Origin: an uncultured Gammaproteobacteria bacterium
Lineage (GTDB): Bacteria; Patescibacteriota; Microgenomatia; Daviesbacterales; UBA10151
Direction of reading: 5' to 3'
Length of the DNA: 64,000 nt
NCBI GenBank assembly: GCA_964649615.1
Contig: CAZYPW010000004.1
Location: 9,153-73,152 of the forward strand
Positions 20,384-30,036 of the stretch are shown here, one piece after another. Positions within the stretch are counted from its first letter, which is position 1; the number at the start of each line of letters is the position of its first letter. The notes under the pieces were generated by a model. The model saw only the letters and a program-made list of their open reading frames with translations. It did no database searches and was not told where the DNA came from. A program made the position numbers and the translations under genes.

Positions 20384-21678
20384 CTTTGTAATCTTTGAAG
20401 ATCCCTCCAACCAATATCAGTTCTATAATGCAAATTATCTCCTTCAATACTAATAAGCGCCATGGCGTCATATGCTTTTTTTCTTGCCTCAACTAAATCC
20501 TTACCTTCTCCCACAAGATGAAATACCCTACCGCCATTTGCATAGAATTTATTACCTTTCCTTTTAATCCCTGCCCCATAAATTGATATACGAGGTAACC
20601 GCATAGCCTGTTCTAATCCAAAAATTTGTTTACCCTTAACGTTTGAATAATCATCAGGATATCCTTTTGAACAACCAGCAATACTTATACGAACCTTTTC
20701 ATCAAATTCGATTTTTAGTTGATTAAGCCTTTTTTCTAAAACTGTTTCGACTATATCCACATAATCTGTTTTTATGCTTGGCAAAATAACCTCTGCTTCC
20801 GGATCTCCCCACCTGCAATTAAACTCAATAATCTTAACCCCATTCTTTGTTAGCATACCTCCTAGATATAAAATTCCCTTATACGGTCTTCCTTCTTCCG
20901 TCATGCCAGAGAGTGTCGGCCTGATAATTGTTTGTTCTATATTGCGAATAATCGAAGTAGAGATAGCACCTGTTGGAGCAACACTACCTATACCGCCTGT
21001 GTTTGGCCCCTTATCACCATCATAAATCGTTTTATGATCTTGGGAAGATTTGGTAATAATGAAATTTTCACCATCACATATGGCAAAAAGTGTAAATTCC
21101 TCACCCACGAGTGCTTCTTCAATTAGAAATGTTTCACCTGATTTTTCAAACTTACTCATTTCTCTGATTGCCTTTTTTGCCTCTTTTTTATTTTCTGCTC
21201 TTATAACTCCTTTTCCTAAAGCAAGACCCGAGGCTTTGATAAATAAAAGCTGATCAGAAAGTTTGTTGATGTAATCAATTGCTTCTTTTTGATTGGTAAA
21301 GGACTTAAACCTCGGAACCGGAAGATTATATTTGACCATAAAGTTTCTGGCCCAATCTTTACTCCATTCGAGTTCTGATGCTTCTTGAGTGGGACCAAAA
21401 GCTTTGATTCCCAATTTTTGGAATTTATCAACATAACCTGCCGCAATAATATCATCTTGCCCAACATCTACTAAACCTATTTTTTCCTTTTTACAAACCT
21501 TTAAAATTCCATCAAAATCCATCATTCCAATTTCCGGATAATTTTTGATTTTGTCATTTCTAAAATCTGTTAAACCATTACCGGGCGTTATAATTACTTT
21601 TTTTACCAATTTAGATTTGGCATAAGTTACTGCTAAAGCGTGTTCTCTACCATTTTGTCCAATTACTAAAATATTCAT
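20380..21678 (-). CDS. purD: phosphoribosylamine-glycine ligase PurD
   Basis: MNILVIGQNGREHALA N-terminus and an ATP-grasp core. The ATG overlaps the purN stop (ATGA). Confidence 0.9.
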   Translation of the reverse strand: MNILVIGQNGREHALAVTYAKSKLVKKVIITPGNGLTDFRNDKIKNYPEIGMMDFDGILKVCKKEKIGLVDVGQDDIIAAGYVDKFQKLGIKAFGPTQEASELEWSKDWARNFMVKYNLPVPRFKSFTNQKEAIDYINKLSDQLLFIKASGLALGKGVIRAENKKEAKKAIREMSKFEKSGETFLIEEALVGEEFTLFAICDGENFIITKSSQDHKTIYDGDKGPNTGGIGSVAPTGAISTSIIRNIEQTIIRPTLSGMTEEGRPYKGILYLGGMLTKNGVKIIEFNCRWGDPEAEVILPSIKTDYVDIVETVLEKRLNQLKIEFDEKVRISIAGCSKGYPDDYSNVKGKQIFGLEQAMRLPRISIYGAGIKRKGNKFYANGGRVFHLVGEGKDLVEARKKAYDAMALISIEGDNLHYRTDIGWRDLQRLQR

Positions 21679-22283
21679 GATTCCTCCCCGCATAATTTTG
21701 CTAATATATCAACATACAGCTGGTTTTCTTTAACTTTTAGTCTTGTATATAAAGATTCCACAGTATCTCCAGGTAGAATCTTTTCAAAGCATCTTCCTAA
21801 AACTGGCCCAAAATCAAATTCATGGGAAAGAAAATGATTTGTACATCCAGCATATGTTGCTTTTTGATCTAGAAAATTCTGCATTGCTTTATCTGTCATT
21901 TTACCTTTATTCCATAAGGCATCTGTTCCATCCGGATTTTTAACTTTTCCATACATGGTGTCCGGAATTAACCCAGGGTGTGTATTTAAAATTCGATTTG
22001 GAAAAGCATCAATTACTTCATCCAAAATAATTTGCTTCCATCCAGCCAGACAAATAAAATCCGAATTTAATTTTTTTAAAAGAGGTAAGAGTTCTTCTTT
22101 TTTTGGAATTATTTTAATGGGGAGTTGGGATTTTTCAGCTCTCTTTAGCCATGATGCATCAGGTGTATCGGATATCACTGCCACAATTTCTGCCTTAATT
22201 TCTTTGGAATTTATCCCATCAATAATTGCTGACAAGTTTGTACCCTCTCCAATGTTAGAAATAAGTACAGCAATTCTCTTCAT
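21675..22283 (-). CDS. purN: phosphoribosylglycinamide formyltransferase PurN
   Basis: MKRIAVLISNIGEGTNLSAIIDG and formyltransferase core LNTHPGLIP with His/Asp catalytic residues. 202 aa. Confidence 0.8.
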   Translation of the reverse strand: MKRIAVLISNIGEGTNLSAIIDGINSKEIKAEIVAVISDTPDASWLKRAEKSQLPIKIIPKKEELLPLLKKLNSDFICLAGWKQIILDEVIDAFPNRILNTHPGLIPDTMYGKVKNPDGTDALWNKGKMTDKAMQNFLDQKATYAGCTNHFLSHEFDFGPVLGRCFEKILPGDTVESLYTRLKVKENQLYVDILAKLCGEES

Positions 22284-22286
22284 AAA

Positions 22287-23708
22287 TTAATCTATTATTT
22301 TTATCTCCTTTGCTCTCTCCCCAATATCAACCGGATATTTGCCTGTAAAACAGGATGTGCAAAGGCTGTCTTCTGAAATTCCTACGGCTTTTAGAAGCCC
22401 TGGATAAGACAAATAATACAGAGCGTCAACCCCAATTTCTTTTTCGATTTCTTTGACCGTTTTTCTGGCTCCAATTAGATCCTTTTGCCTTGGTGTATCA
22501 ACACCATAAAAATCAGGGTATTTAACAGGAGGCGAGGAAATTAAAAAGTATACTTTTTTAGCACCTGCCCCTTTTATCATATCTATAATTTGCTTGCAGG
22601 TAGTACCCCTTACAACTGAATCATCAATTAAAACCACAATTTTCCCTTTTAGAATATGCTTTAGGGGATTTAATTTTAATCTCACTCCTTGATTTCTGGT
22701 ATGTTGTTCAGGCATGATAAATGTTCTGTGAATATAACGGTTCTTAATAAGCGCCGGGTAAAAAGGAATTCCTGACTCTTTGGAAAATCCTATTGCAGCA
22801 GGAATTCCAGAGTCAGGCACCGGCACTACCACATCTCCCTTTACCTTAAATTCCTTAGACAATTCTACTCCTAAATTTTGCCTCACCTCATCAACACTTT
22901 TACCCATTAAATAACTATCTGGCCTGGCAAAATAAACAAATTCAAAAACATCTAATTTTTCCTTCCCTTTTTCTATCTGATAACTTTTTAAGCCACTGCT
23001 ATCTATAGAAATCATCTCTCCGGGTTTAACATCTCTTATAAATTTTGCCCCAATTATATCCAGTGCGCATGATTCTGATGCAACAATAAACCCTCCATTC
23101 AATTTTCCTAAACACAAAGGCCTTATTCCAAAAGAGTCCCTGACAGCAACAATTTTCTCTTTTTCCATAATCAATAAACAAAATACTCCTGTAAGTAACG
23201 GGTAGGCCTTTTTAATTGATTCTTCCAAAGATAAATCCTGTCCCATGTAAAAGGCTATTGCTTTTGCAATCATTTCAGAATCATTTGCTACCTTTATTGG
23301 AATATTTTTTTCTGACAAGAATTCTTTTAATTTTTGTGTAGATGGCAGATTACCATTATGAGCTAAAGCAATTAACTCGCCATTTTTCAATCTTTCTATC
23401 ACAGGTTGGGCATGTTCAATTTTCGAATCACCTGATGTGGAATAACGGTTATGGCCAATCGCCAAATGGCCTTTTAATTTCTTTAAATCTTTTTCTGCGA
23501 AAACTGCAGAAACCAACCCCATGCCTTTATGAACATAAATTTGTTTTCCATCTGAAGATGCTATACCTGAAGATTCCTGACCCCGATGTTGAAGAGCCCA
23601 AAGCCCGGGATGAACTAAACGTGCCGTCTCAAATCCCTTACCGTATACTCCGAATATCCCACACTTTTCTTTTAACTTATAATCAAAAGTAGGATTTTGT
23701 TTTCTCAT
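22287..23708 (-). CDS. purF: amidophosphoribosyltransferase PurF
   Basis: N-terminal nucleophile CGIFGVYG (Ntn GATase) and a PRTase domain with the VLIDDSVVRGTT loop. Confidence 0.9.
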   Translation of the reverse strand: MRKQNPTFDYKLKEKCGIFGVYGKGFETARLVHPGLWALQHRGQESSGIASSDGKQIYVHKGMGLVSAVFAEKDLKKLKGHLAIGHNRYSTSGDSKIEHAQPVIERLKNGELIALAHNGNLPSTQKLKEFLSEKNIPIKVANDSEMIAKAIAFYMGQDLSLEESIKKAYPLLTGVFCLLIMEKEKIVAVRDSFGIRPLCLGKLNGGFIVASESCALDIIGAKFIRDVKPGEMISIDSSGLKSYQIEKGKEKLDVFEFVYFARPDSYLMGKSVDEVRQNLGVELSKEFKVKGDVVVPVPDSGIPAAIGFSKESGIPFYPALIKNRYIHRTFIMPEQHTRNQGVRLKLNPLKHILKGKIVVLIDDSVVRGTTCKQIIDMIKGAGAKKVYFLISSPPVKYPDFYGVDTPRQKDLIGARKTVKEIEKEIGVDALYYLSYPGLLKAVGISEDSLCTSCFTGKYPVDIGERAKEIKIID

Positions 23709-23763
23709 AGCTTAATATAACTTAAGGATGGTCTTTAGTCAAGTCAACAGGAGAAAAATTTAA

Positions 23764-24018
23764 TTACTTTGGATTAATATTAATCTGGCTTTTTAATAAA
23801 TCCATTTCTTCCTGAAAAATCTTATCAAAGTTTGGAACTTTAGATAGAAGAAAATATCTAACAGAGTTACCAGTTTGATCTTGAGAGTTTAATTCTTCAA
23901 TTTTTGCCATATCTTCATCTGTTAAAACTGGGGCTATTTTGATATATGCTGCCTGTAACGCTAAATTTACTAACTCATCAGCTACTTTTTGTTGATTCTG
24001 TGTTAAGTCATTCATCAT
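23764..24018 (-). CDS. hypothetical small acidic protein, co-oriented with and abutting the 633-aa gene
   Basis: 84 aa. Its start abuts the stop of the upstream 633-aa ORF (coordinates share 24018). Confidence 0.4.
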   Translation of the reverse strand: MMNDLTQNQQKVADELVNLALQAAYIKIAPVLTDEDMAKIEELNSQDQTGNSVRYFLLSKVPNFDKIFQEEMDLLKSQININPK

Positions 24019-25919
24019 TATTGAGTCTCCTCTCTAACTTGTTGTGTAATGTTCTCACTAATCTCTTGCCATTTTCTTGGGTCTAAACCTGAACCAGCTG
24101 TTTTTAATTTAAACCAAGTATCTAAATTATCGCTATTAACATTCATTTTCCAGACATTCCCTAACACAATTTTATCACCATCTACTACTGGGGAGAGAAG
24201 ACCAGGTCTTTTATTCTCTTTCGAATATATTATTGAAGCTCTTATTCTAGAAGTAAAATCACCAACCATCTGATCAAAAGTTCCTGAACCATAATAAGAA
24301 TCGAGCTCCTTTTTTAATAATTCAAGTGTCTTGAGCATTTTAGGATCACCTTCTGAGTGTGCGATATTTTGGCTCCCCAGCTGAGCCGCCTCCTGGGCTA
24401 CATCAGGATTCATTGCTTTCGCAAGGTCAGCCTCAGCTAATCCTTTTACAGAGTATCCTTCTATATTATAGGGATCTGCGCTAGGGTTATTTGGTTGTAT
24501 TTTTTCTTGAAAATCATCACGTATAGTAAAATCATTCCAAGCATATTGGTTGTTCCCTAATCCTCTTCCACTTGCAAATTCCTGTAATGTAGTTGGCTCT
24601 GTAGTCATAAAAGGACTACGAGTCTCAGGTGGAGGTTTTGGTCCTGACTCTCCTGCCCCAGCGCTTGCTGGAACTCTAGAATCTTGGCCAGACTGTACAG
24701 CGCCTATCGTATCCCTTGGAATCCCAGCAAGTAACACTAATACCAGCGGGAGAACTGCTAATCTACAACGTCTTCTCTGTTCCCCTGTTGCTCTTATTCT
24801 CATTAAAGCATCCACTTTACGGGCTATCGCTGGATCAACCTTAGATTCTCTTTCACCCCACCTTTCCCTAAATCCTCTAATCTTATTTACTAATGCATCA
24901 ACACCCAGTACACCAATTCCTATTAAATCTCTCATAAATTCTCTAACTCTTGATGCATAACTAAGTCCCTCTAATTCAGAAAATTTCCCTTCTATTGTGA
25001 CTGGGCGGGATTCCGATGAACTTCGTGGACCATTTGAAGGAGGAGGTATTACTATTACAGCTGGATCTGAGGGTAGTTCTGCAGGAGCTGGTTCTTCAGC
25101 AAAACCTCCAAAAGTATGCCCCATCTCCTCATGAACAACTCCAATTTTATCTCTAACTGGATCAGATGGGAAAAGTTGAGGAACCTCTTTTGATGGAAAA
25201 GCAGTTGTCTCTTCTTTTTTGGGAACTTGTAATAACCTGCTGTCTTTTAGACGTGCTATGGCTGCTTGTTTGTCTTCTTCTTGAGACCCAGTTGAGGTGA
25301 GAGGATTTTTCCAGATCCTTCTGGCTTCTTCAGCTATCCTAGATTTTTCCATTGGGTTACTTTCATCTAGAGCATTTGGGAAAGCTTCTGTATATGGAAT
25401 ACTACTATCTTCAAGTACCCGGGCTTCCTCCTGATATGTTCTTAACTGACCCTCTAGGCGCTCTATCATCTGGGGGCTACTCCATCTACTTGCTCTTTGT
25501 TGCTCTAATTCAGCTTTTGTATTAGCTATATCATCTTTTGCACTAGCTATTAACCCGCTTACATCTAAACCTTCATTCCTCTCGTAGATCTCTCCAGTTT
25601 CTGGATTTTTGAATGTAGTTTTTAAAGCATGCTCAGGACGGTCGGTTATAACTAAAATACCATGTCCAGACATACCCCTTAATCCTTTTTGAAACGTCCT
25701 GAATGCAGCAAACTGATTCCGTTGCTGATTAGTTAAAAGCCCGGTATCTGCTAAATCATCAATTTCTATATTAGGAGCTATATCTCTATGGAGTCTCTCT
25801 ATCTTCACTCCCCATCTGTGAGTAGTTCCATTGAAGGCTTTCATTACTTGTTCTCTAGTGGCAACGCCTTCTGGAGGAGGCGTTGCTTCAACTGGAGGAC
25901 GATCGGACAGTTCAGCCAT
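24018..25919 (-). CDS. large hypothetical Pro/Glu-rich protein with HExxH motif; composition atypical for the locus
   Basis: 633-aa ORF noticeably GC-richer than its neighbours (stretches of ~45-50% G+C by eye). Contains VVHEEMGHTFGG (HExxH), proline-rich linkers and one internal hydrophobic segment (AVLPLVLVLLAGIP). No family recognised. Confidence 0.5.
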   Translation of the reverse strand: MAELSDRPPVEATPPPEGVATREQVMKAFNGTTHRWGVKIERLHRDIAPNIEIDDLADTGLLTNQQRNQFAAFRTFQKGLRGMSGHGILVITDRPEHALKTTFKNPETGEIYERNEGLDVSGLIASAKDDIANTKAELEQQRASRWSSPQMIERLEGQLRTYQEEARVLEDSSIPYTEAFPNALDESNPMEKSRIAEEARRIWKNPLTSTGSQEEDKQAAIARLKDSRLLQVPKKEETTAFPSKEVPQLFPSDPVRDKIGVVHEEMGHTFGGFAEEPAPAELPSDPAVIVIPPPSNGPRSSSESRPVTIEGKFSELEGLSYASRVREFMRDLIGIGVLGVDALVNKIRGFRERWGERESKVDPAIARKVDALMRIRATGEQRRRCRLAVLPLVLVLLAGIPRDTIGAVQSGQDSRVPASAGAGESGPKPPPETRSPFMTTEPTTLQEFASGRGLGNNQYAWNDFTIRDDFQEKIQPNNPSADPYNIEGYSVKGLAEADLAKAMNPDVAQEAAQLGSQNIAHSEGDPKMLKTLELLKKELDSYYGSGTFDQMVGDFTSRIRASIIYSKENKRPGLLSPVVDGDKIVLGNVWKMNVNSDNLDTWFKLKTAGSGLDPRKWQEISENITQQVREETQ

Positions 25920-25984
25920 ACTTAATTTAGTCTATTAAATAGCTTATCAAAATACAAGTTAAGATGATATACTAAAACAAGATT

Positions 25985-26341
25985 ATGGATTCCAAAAGAT
26001 TTAGTATCCTTTCTTTTAAATATGCATTCGAGGGTATGTTTGCCGCTTTGAAAGAAGAACTTAATTTAAAAATTCATTTTATAATTGCCCTTTTAGTTTT
26101 AGGCCTGTCATATTTTTTGCAAATTCAAAGACAGGATTGGATTAATGTCATAATTATCATTGGTTTAGTCTTTACAGTAGAGTTAACCAATACTGCAATT
26201 GAGGCAGTTGTGGATGCTTTTACTGATAAAGAGCACCCAGGTGCTAAACTTGCCAAAGACATCTCAGCCGGAGCAGTATTAGTGGTTTCAATTGTGGCAG
26301 CTATCATTGGAATAATTATCTTCCTGCCATACTTATCTTAA
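25985..26341 (+). CDS. dgkA: diacylglycerol kinase
   Basis: ELTNTAIEAVVD motif and three TM helices typical of prokaryotic DgkA. A TATACT -10-like box lies ~25 nt upstream. Confidence 0.8.
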   Translation: MDSKRFSILSFKYAFEGMFAALKEELNLKIHFIIALLVLGLSYFLQIQRQDWINVIIIIGLVFTVELTNTAIEAVVDAFTDKEHPGAKLAKDISAGAVLVVSIVAAIIGIIIFLPYLS

Positions 26342-26883
26342 TGGATAACTTAGGATTTTTCTTTTTAATATTTGGATTAAATAATCAGAATAATTTTTTA
26401 GATTCTCTAATGATTTTTGGGGCAGAATATGTAATTTATATTTCTTTTGCACTAATCTTTGTTCTGGCTTTTAGAGGGCAGATTAAAGAAAGAAAAGCTT
26501 TAATCTTAGTCTGTTTATCTATACCAATTGTGGTACTAATGATTAAGTTTATTCATCTTTTTTTATTTGAGCCAAGACCATATATTGCACAGGATATCTC
26601 CCCTTTGATACCTGATACCAAAGAAGATGCCTCTTTTCCCTCCAGACACACTGCTTTGATGTTTACTCTCGCCTTTTCATATTTCTTTTATCAATCCAAA
26701 TGGAGATTCCATTTTTTAATTATGGCTCTTTGGGTAAGCCTATCAAGAATTTTTGTGGGGGTACATTACCCACTGGATATTATAGGAGGAATTATGACAG
26801 CTTTTGTTTCTGTTTTTATTGCCTGGAAAATTAAGGAAAAGTTAAAAAGAGGTCTTGGTCTTAACCAATCTTTGCAAAGCTAA
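26341..26883 (+). CDS. PAP2-family phosphatase (undecaprenyl-diphosphatase-like)
   Basis: PAP2 motifs KFIHLFLFEPRP (KxxxxxxRP), SFPSRHT (PSGH) and SRIFVGVHYPLD (SRxxxxxHxxxD). Confidence 0.8.
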   Translation: MDNLGFFFLIFGLNNQNNFLDSLMIFGAEYVIYISFALIFVLAFRGQIKERKALILVCLSIPIVVLMIKFIHLFLFEPRPYIAQDISPLIPDTKEDASFPSRHTALMFTLAFSYFFYQSKWRFHFLIMALWVSLSRIFVGVHYPLDIIGGIMTAFVSVFIAWKIKEKLKRGLGLNQSLQS

Positions 26884-28104
26884 AATATATGAGGCCAGAC
26901 GAAGATTAACTTTTTTCCCTTTGTGAATTTTCCAAACCTTTTCAAAAGCATTTTCCATCTTCTCTTTTAGCTTACTGTTTACTCTTTTCAAATCCCATTT
27001 TTGATTATGCATATTTTGATACCACTCAAAATACGAAACAGTAACCCCACCGGAATTTGCCAAAACATCAGGCATGACAATAATTCCTTTTTTATATAGG
27101 ATCTCATCACCCTCAGGTGTAATTGGCCCATTTGCCATTTCAAAAATTATTTTGGCTTGTATATTTTTGGCATTTTTAGAAGTTATCACATTTTCCATTG
27201 CTGCCGGAATTAAAACATCCACATCCAACTCCAATAATTGCTCATTTGTAATGATCCCATCATCCTTGGGTGCCAAGTCACAAACTGATCCAATACAATA
27301 ACACCCGGCAAGTTTACCTTTTTCTAACCTGCAAGCCCTAACCAAATCTATATTAAAACCCTGCTCGCTGTTATCAAAAATCCCACCCTTTACATCTGAG
27401 ATAGCCACTATTTTAAAACCATTTTCATATAAAATTTTTGCAAAATTGGAACCGACATTTCCAAAGCCTTGAATAGCAACAGTCAATGGTTTTTTGAATC
27501 CTAAATTTTGAACTAACTTTTCCAAGACAAAGAATCCACCCATCCCTGTAGCTTCCTCCCTTCCCAGAGACCCGCCATTAGCAATAGATTTTCCAGTTAC
27601 TACTGCTTTTGTTTTATCCCCTGTTGCTTTTGCATATTCATCTTCAAACCAATCCATTATTTTGAAATTAGTATTTACATCAGGAGCAGGTACATCAACA
27701 GTCGGACCAATATTAAGAGCCAGCCTTTTTGCAAACTCTCTAGTTAACCTTTCCAATTCCCTCTCAGTTAAATCCTTAGGATCTATTCCTACTCCACCTT
27801 TACCTCCTCCAAAAGGCACATCAGCGATAGCATTTTTAATCATCATCCAAAACGCCAGAGCCTTGACTTCATCCATATCCACATTGGGATGAAAACGCAA
27901 GCCTCCTTTATACGGCCCTAGCCAATTATTGTATTGCACTCTATAGCCTTTAAAACCGACAACCTCACCATTATCCTTTTTTAGAGGCACATTTAACTTA
28001 ATTACTCTTTGGGGCACAGATAAAACTTTAACAACTGAGGGGCCTAATTTTATAACATCTGCCGCTTCTTTTAGTCTTTTTAATGCACTATCAAAGGTAT
28101 TCAT
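26842..28104 (-). CDS. gdh: Glu/Leu/Phe/Val dehydrogenase family, glutamate dehydrogenase
   Basis: Glycine-rich catalytic motif PFGGGKGGVGIDPK, NAD(P) Rossmann motif GFGNVG and ~420 aa length. Confidence 0.9.
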   Translation of the reverse strand: MNTFDSALKRLKEAADVIKLGPSVVKVLSVPQRVIKLNVPLKKDNGEVVGFKGYRVQYNNWLGPYKGGLRFHPNVDMDEVKALAFWMMIKNAIADVPFGGGKGGVGIDPKDLTERELERLTREFAKRLALNIGPTVDVPAPDVNTNFKIMDWFEDEYAKATGDKTKAVVTGKSIANGGSLGREEATGMGGFFVLEKLVQNLGFKKPLTVAIQGFGNVGSNFAKILYENGFKIVAISDVKGGIFDNSEQGFNIDLVRACRLEKGKLAGCYCIGSVCDLAPKDDGIITNEQLLELDVDVLIPAAMENVITSKNAKNIQAKIIFEMANGPITPEGDEILYKKGIIVMPDVLANSGGVTVSYFEWYQNMHNQKWDLKRVNSKLKEKMENAFEKVWKIHKGKKVNLRLASYILALQRLVKTKTSF

Positions 28105-29363
28105 CTTAAGATTTTCTCAAACTTTTCACCGCTTTGGAAAGGCCCAATAATTTGTACGTTATACCTATCTTTTTTAAATAACTCTTTGGCCACTGATTGT
28201 ACATCTTCTATTGTGACAAGATCAATTTTTTCTAAATATTCCTCAAATGTTTCAATTTTATGCTCCAGTATAAAATTGGTACCAAAATATTCTGCTAAAA
28301 AGTTAGTAGATTCACTATGCAAAGCTAACCTGCCTCTAATCATCTCTTTGGCTTTTTTTAGCTCGTCTTCACTTATTTTTTCCATTACCATTCTCATAAG
28401 TTCTGCATAAATTACTTCCAATCCTTCATAAACTTTTTCTAACTTAAGTCCGCCAGAAACTGTAAATGTTCCGGTGTCGGCATATGAATTACTGGATGCA
28501 CTAATCCGATAAGCCAAGCCCCTTCTTTCTCTTACTTGTACAAATAATCTTGAAGACATGCCTTCCCCTAAAATTACAGACAAAATATCAGCAGTATATC
28601 TTTTATCATCATATCTATCATATCCTTCCGTTCCCAATATCAAATTAGCCTGATCTGTTTGTTTATAAAAAATATTAACTCTGGGCTTAATCTGTTTTAT
28701 GCTCTTGAAAGGTTTAAATTTGGCTGTAGTTCTCTGCGGAATATCCAAAAAATAATTGGTTGCTAATCTTTCAATATCTCTTGGAAGCTTACCTGCATAT
28801 ACCAAAACTGTGTTTTCCGATGAATATAACGACTCCATATATCCAACAAAGTCACTTCTTATAAAAGAGCTAATTGTTTTTTCGTCTCCTCCTAAATCCC
28901 AACCTAATGGTTGATCACCAAACTGTAACCGCTCATAAAGATCCCAGATTAAACGGGCTGGGATATCACGCAACATCCTAAGCTCTTCTGTAATAACTCC
29001 TTTTTCCCTTTCAATTTCCGTTTTTGATAAAAGCGATTCTTTTATCATTGAGGATAAAATATCTGAGGCCAATTCTATATTCTTGCTCGCAGATTTGATC
29101 CAATAATAAGTAACTTCTTTAGAGGTAGCTGCATTATTGATTGCTCCAATACCATCAATTAAACTTGAGATTTGTTCTGCTGTGGAGAATTTTGTAGAAC
29201 CTTTAAAAAACATGTGCTCCAAAAAATGTGAGATTCCACTAACTCTTTTCGTTTCATAGCGGGAACCTGCTCCTACTGCTATAAGTGAAGTCACAGAATC
29301 AAGATGTGGCATAGAAACAGTTATTAAGGTTAAACCATTTTTTAATTTAGTTAGTTTGTGCAT
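28101..29363 (-). CDS. M16-family (insulinase/pitrilysin-like) zinc peptidase
   Basis: Inverted zincin motif HFLEHMFFKGS (HxxEH) near the N-terminus. 420 aa. Confidence 0.8.
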   Translation of the reverse strand: MHKLTKLKNGLTLITVSMPHLDSVTSLIAVGAGSRYETKRVSGISHFLEHMFFKGSTKFSTAEQISSLIDGIGAINNAATSKEVTYYWIKSASKNIELASDILSSMIKESLLSKTEIEREKGVITEELRMLRDIPARLIWDLYERLQFGDQPLGWDLGGDEKTISSFIRSDFVGYMESLYSSENTVLVYAGKLPRDIERLATNYFLDIPQRTTAKFKPFKSIKQIKPRVNIFYKQTDQANLILGTEGYDRYDDKRYTADILSVILGEGMSSRLFVQVRERRGLAYRISASSNSYADTGTFTVSGGLKLEKVYEGLEVIYAELMRMVMEKISEDELKKAKEMIRGRLALHSESTNFLAEYFGTNFILEHKIETFEEYLEKIDLVTIEDVQSVAKELFKKDRYNVQIIGPFQSGEKFEKILR

Positions 29364-30018
29364 AATTTTTAATATGCCCTAGTATCTTAGAAACAGTTTC
29401 ATCAATGTTTAAATTTGTATTATCAAAAACTACTGCGCCTTCTGGAATTCTCATAGGGGATGCTTTTCTTTCACTATCTTTTTTATCCCTTTCAACCATA
29501 TCCGCTAAAACATCCTCATATTTTATAGACTGGTCTTTTTTATGGAGCTGCTTATATCTTCTTTGGGATCTTGTTTCAACTGATGCGGTTAAGAAAAATT
29601 TAAATTTTGCCTCTGGAAAAATTTCTGAACCAATATCACGCCCTCCCATAACTATCTTACCTATCTGACCTAACTTTCGTTGAATACCCCGCATGACTTC
29701 TCTAACCTGCGGAAATGCTGAAACAATTGGCACTAATTTAGAAATCTCCGGGGTATGCAAAGCATCTGTCACATCAACCCCATCCAAAAACATTTTCCAG
29801 TGGTGATTAGTTTCAAATTTTACATCCAAATTTTTATAAATTTCTAAAATTTTGCCTTGATTATTTACTGATATATTTTGCTGGAGCATCTTTAGACAAC
29901 CAGCTCTATAGATCATTCCTGTATCAATATATTTATATCCTAATTTTTGGGAAAGTAGAAATCCTACTGAATTTTTTCCGCTTGAGGTTGGTCCATCAAT
30001 AGTTACAATATCTTCCAC
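29347..30018 (-). CDS. cmk: cytidylate kinase
   Basis: IDGPTSSGKNSV P-loop, YIDTGMIYRA, GRDIGSEIFPEA and C-terminal RRYKQL typical of Cmk. Confidence 0.8.
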   Translation of the reverse strand: MEDIVTIDGPTSSGKNSVGFLLSQKLGYKYIDTGMIYRAGCLKMLQQNISVNNQGKILEIYKNLDVKFETNHHWKMFLDGVDVTDALHTPEISKLVPIVSAFPQVREVMRGIQRKLGQIGKIVMGGRDIGSEIFPEAKFKFFLTASVETRSQRRYKQLHKKDQSIKYEDVLADMVERDKKDSERKASPMRIPEGAVVFDNTNLNIDETVSKILGHIKNYAQTN

Positions 30019-30036
30019 AATGTATTAGTCTACCAC

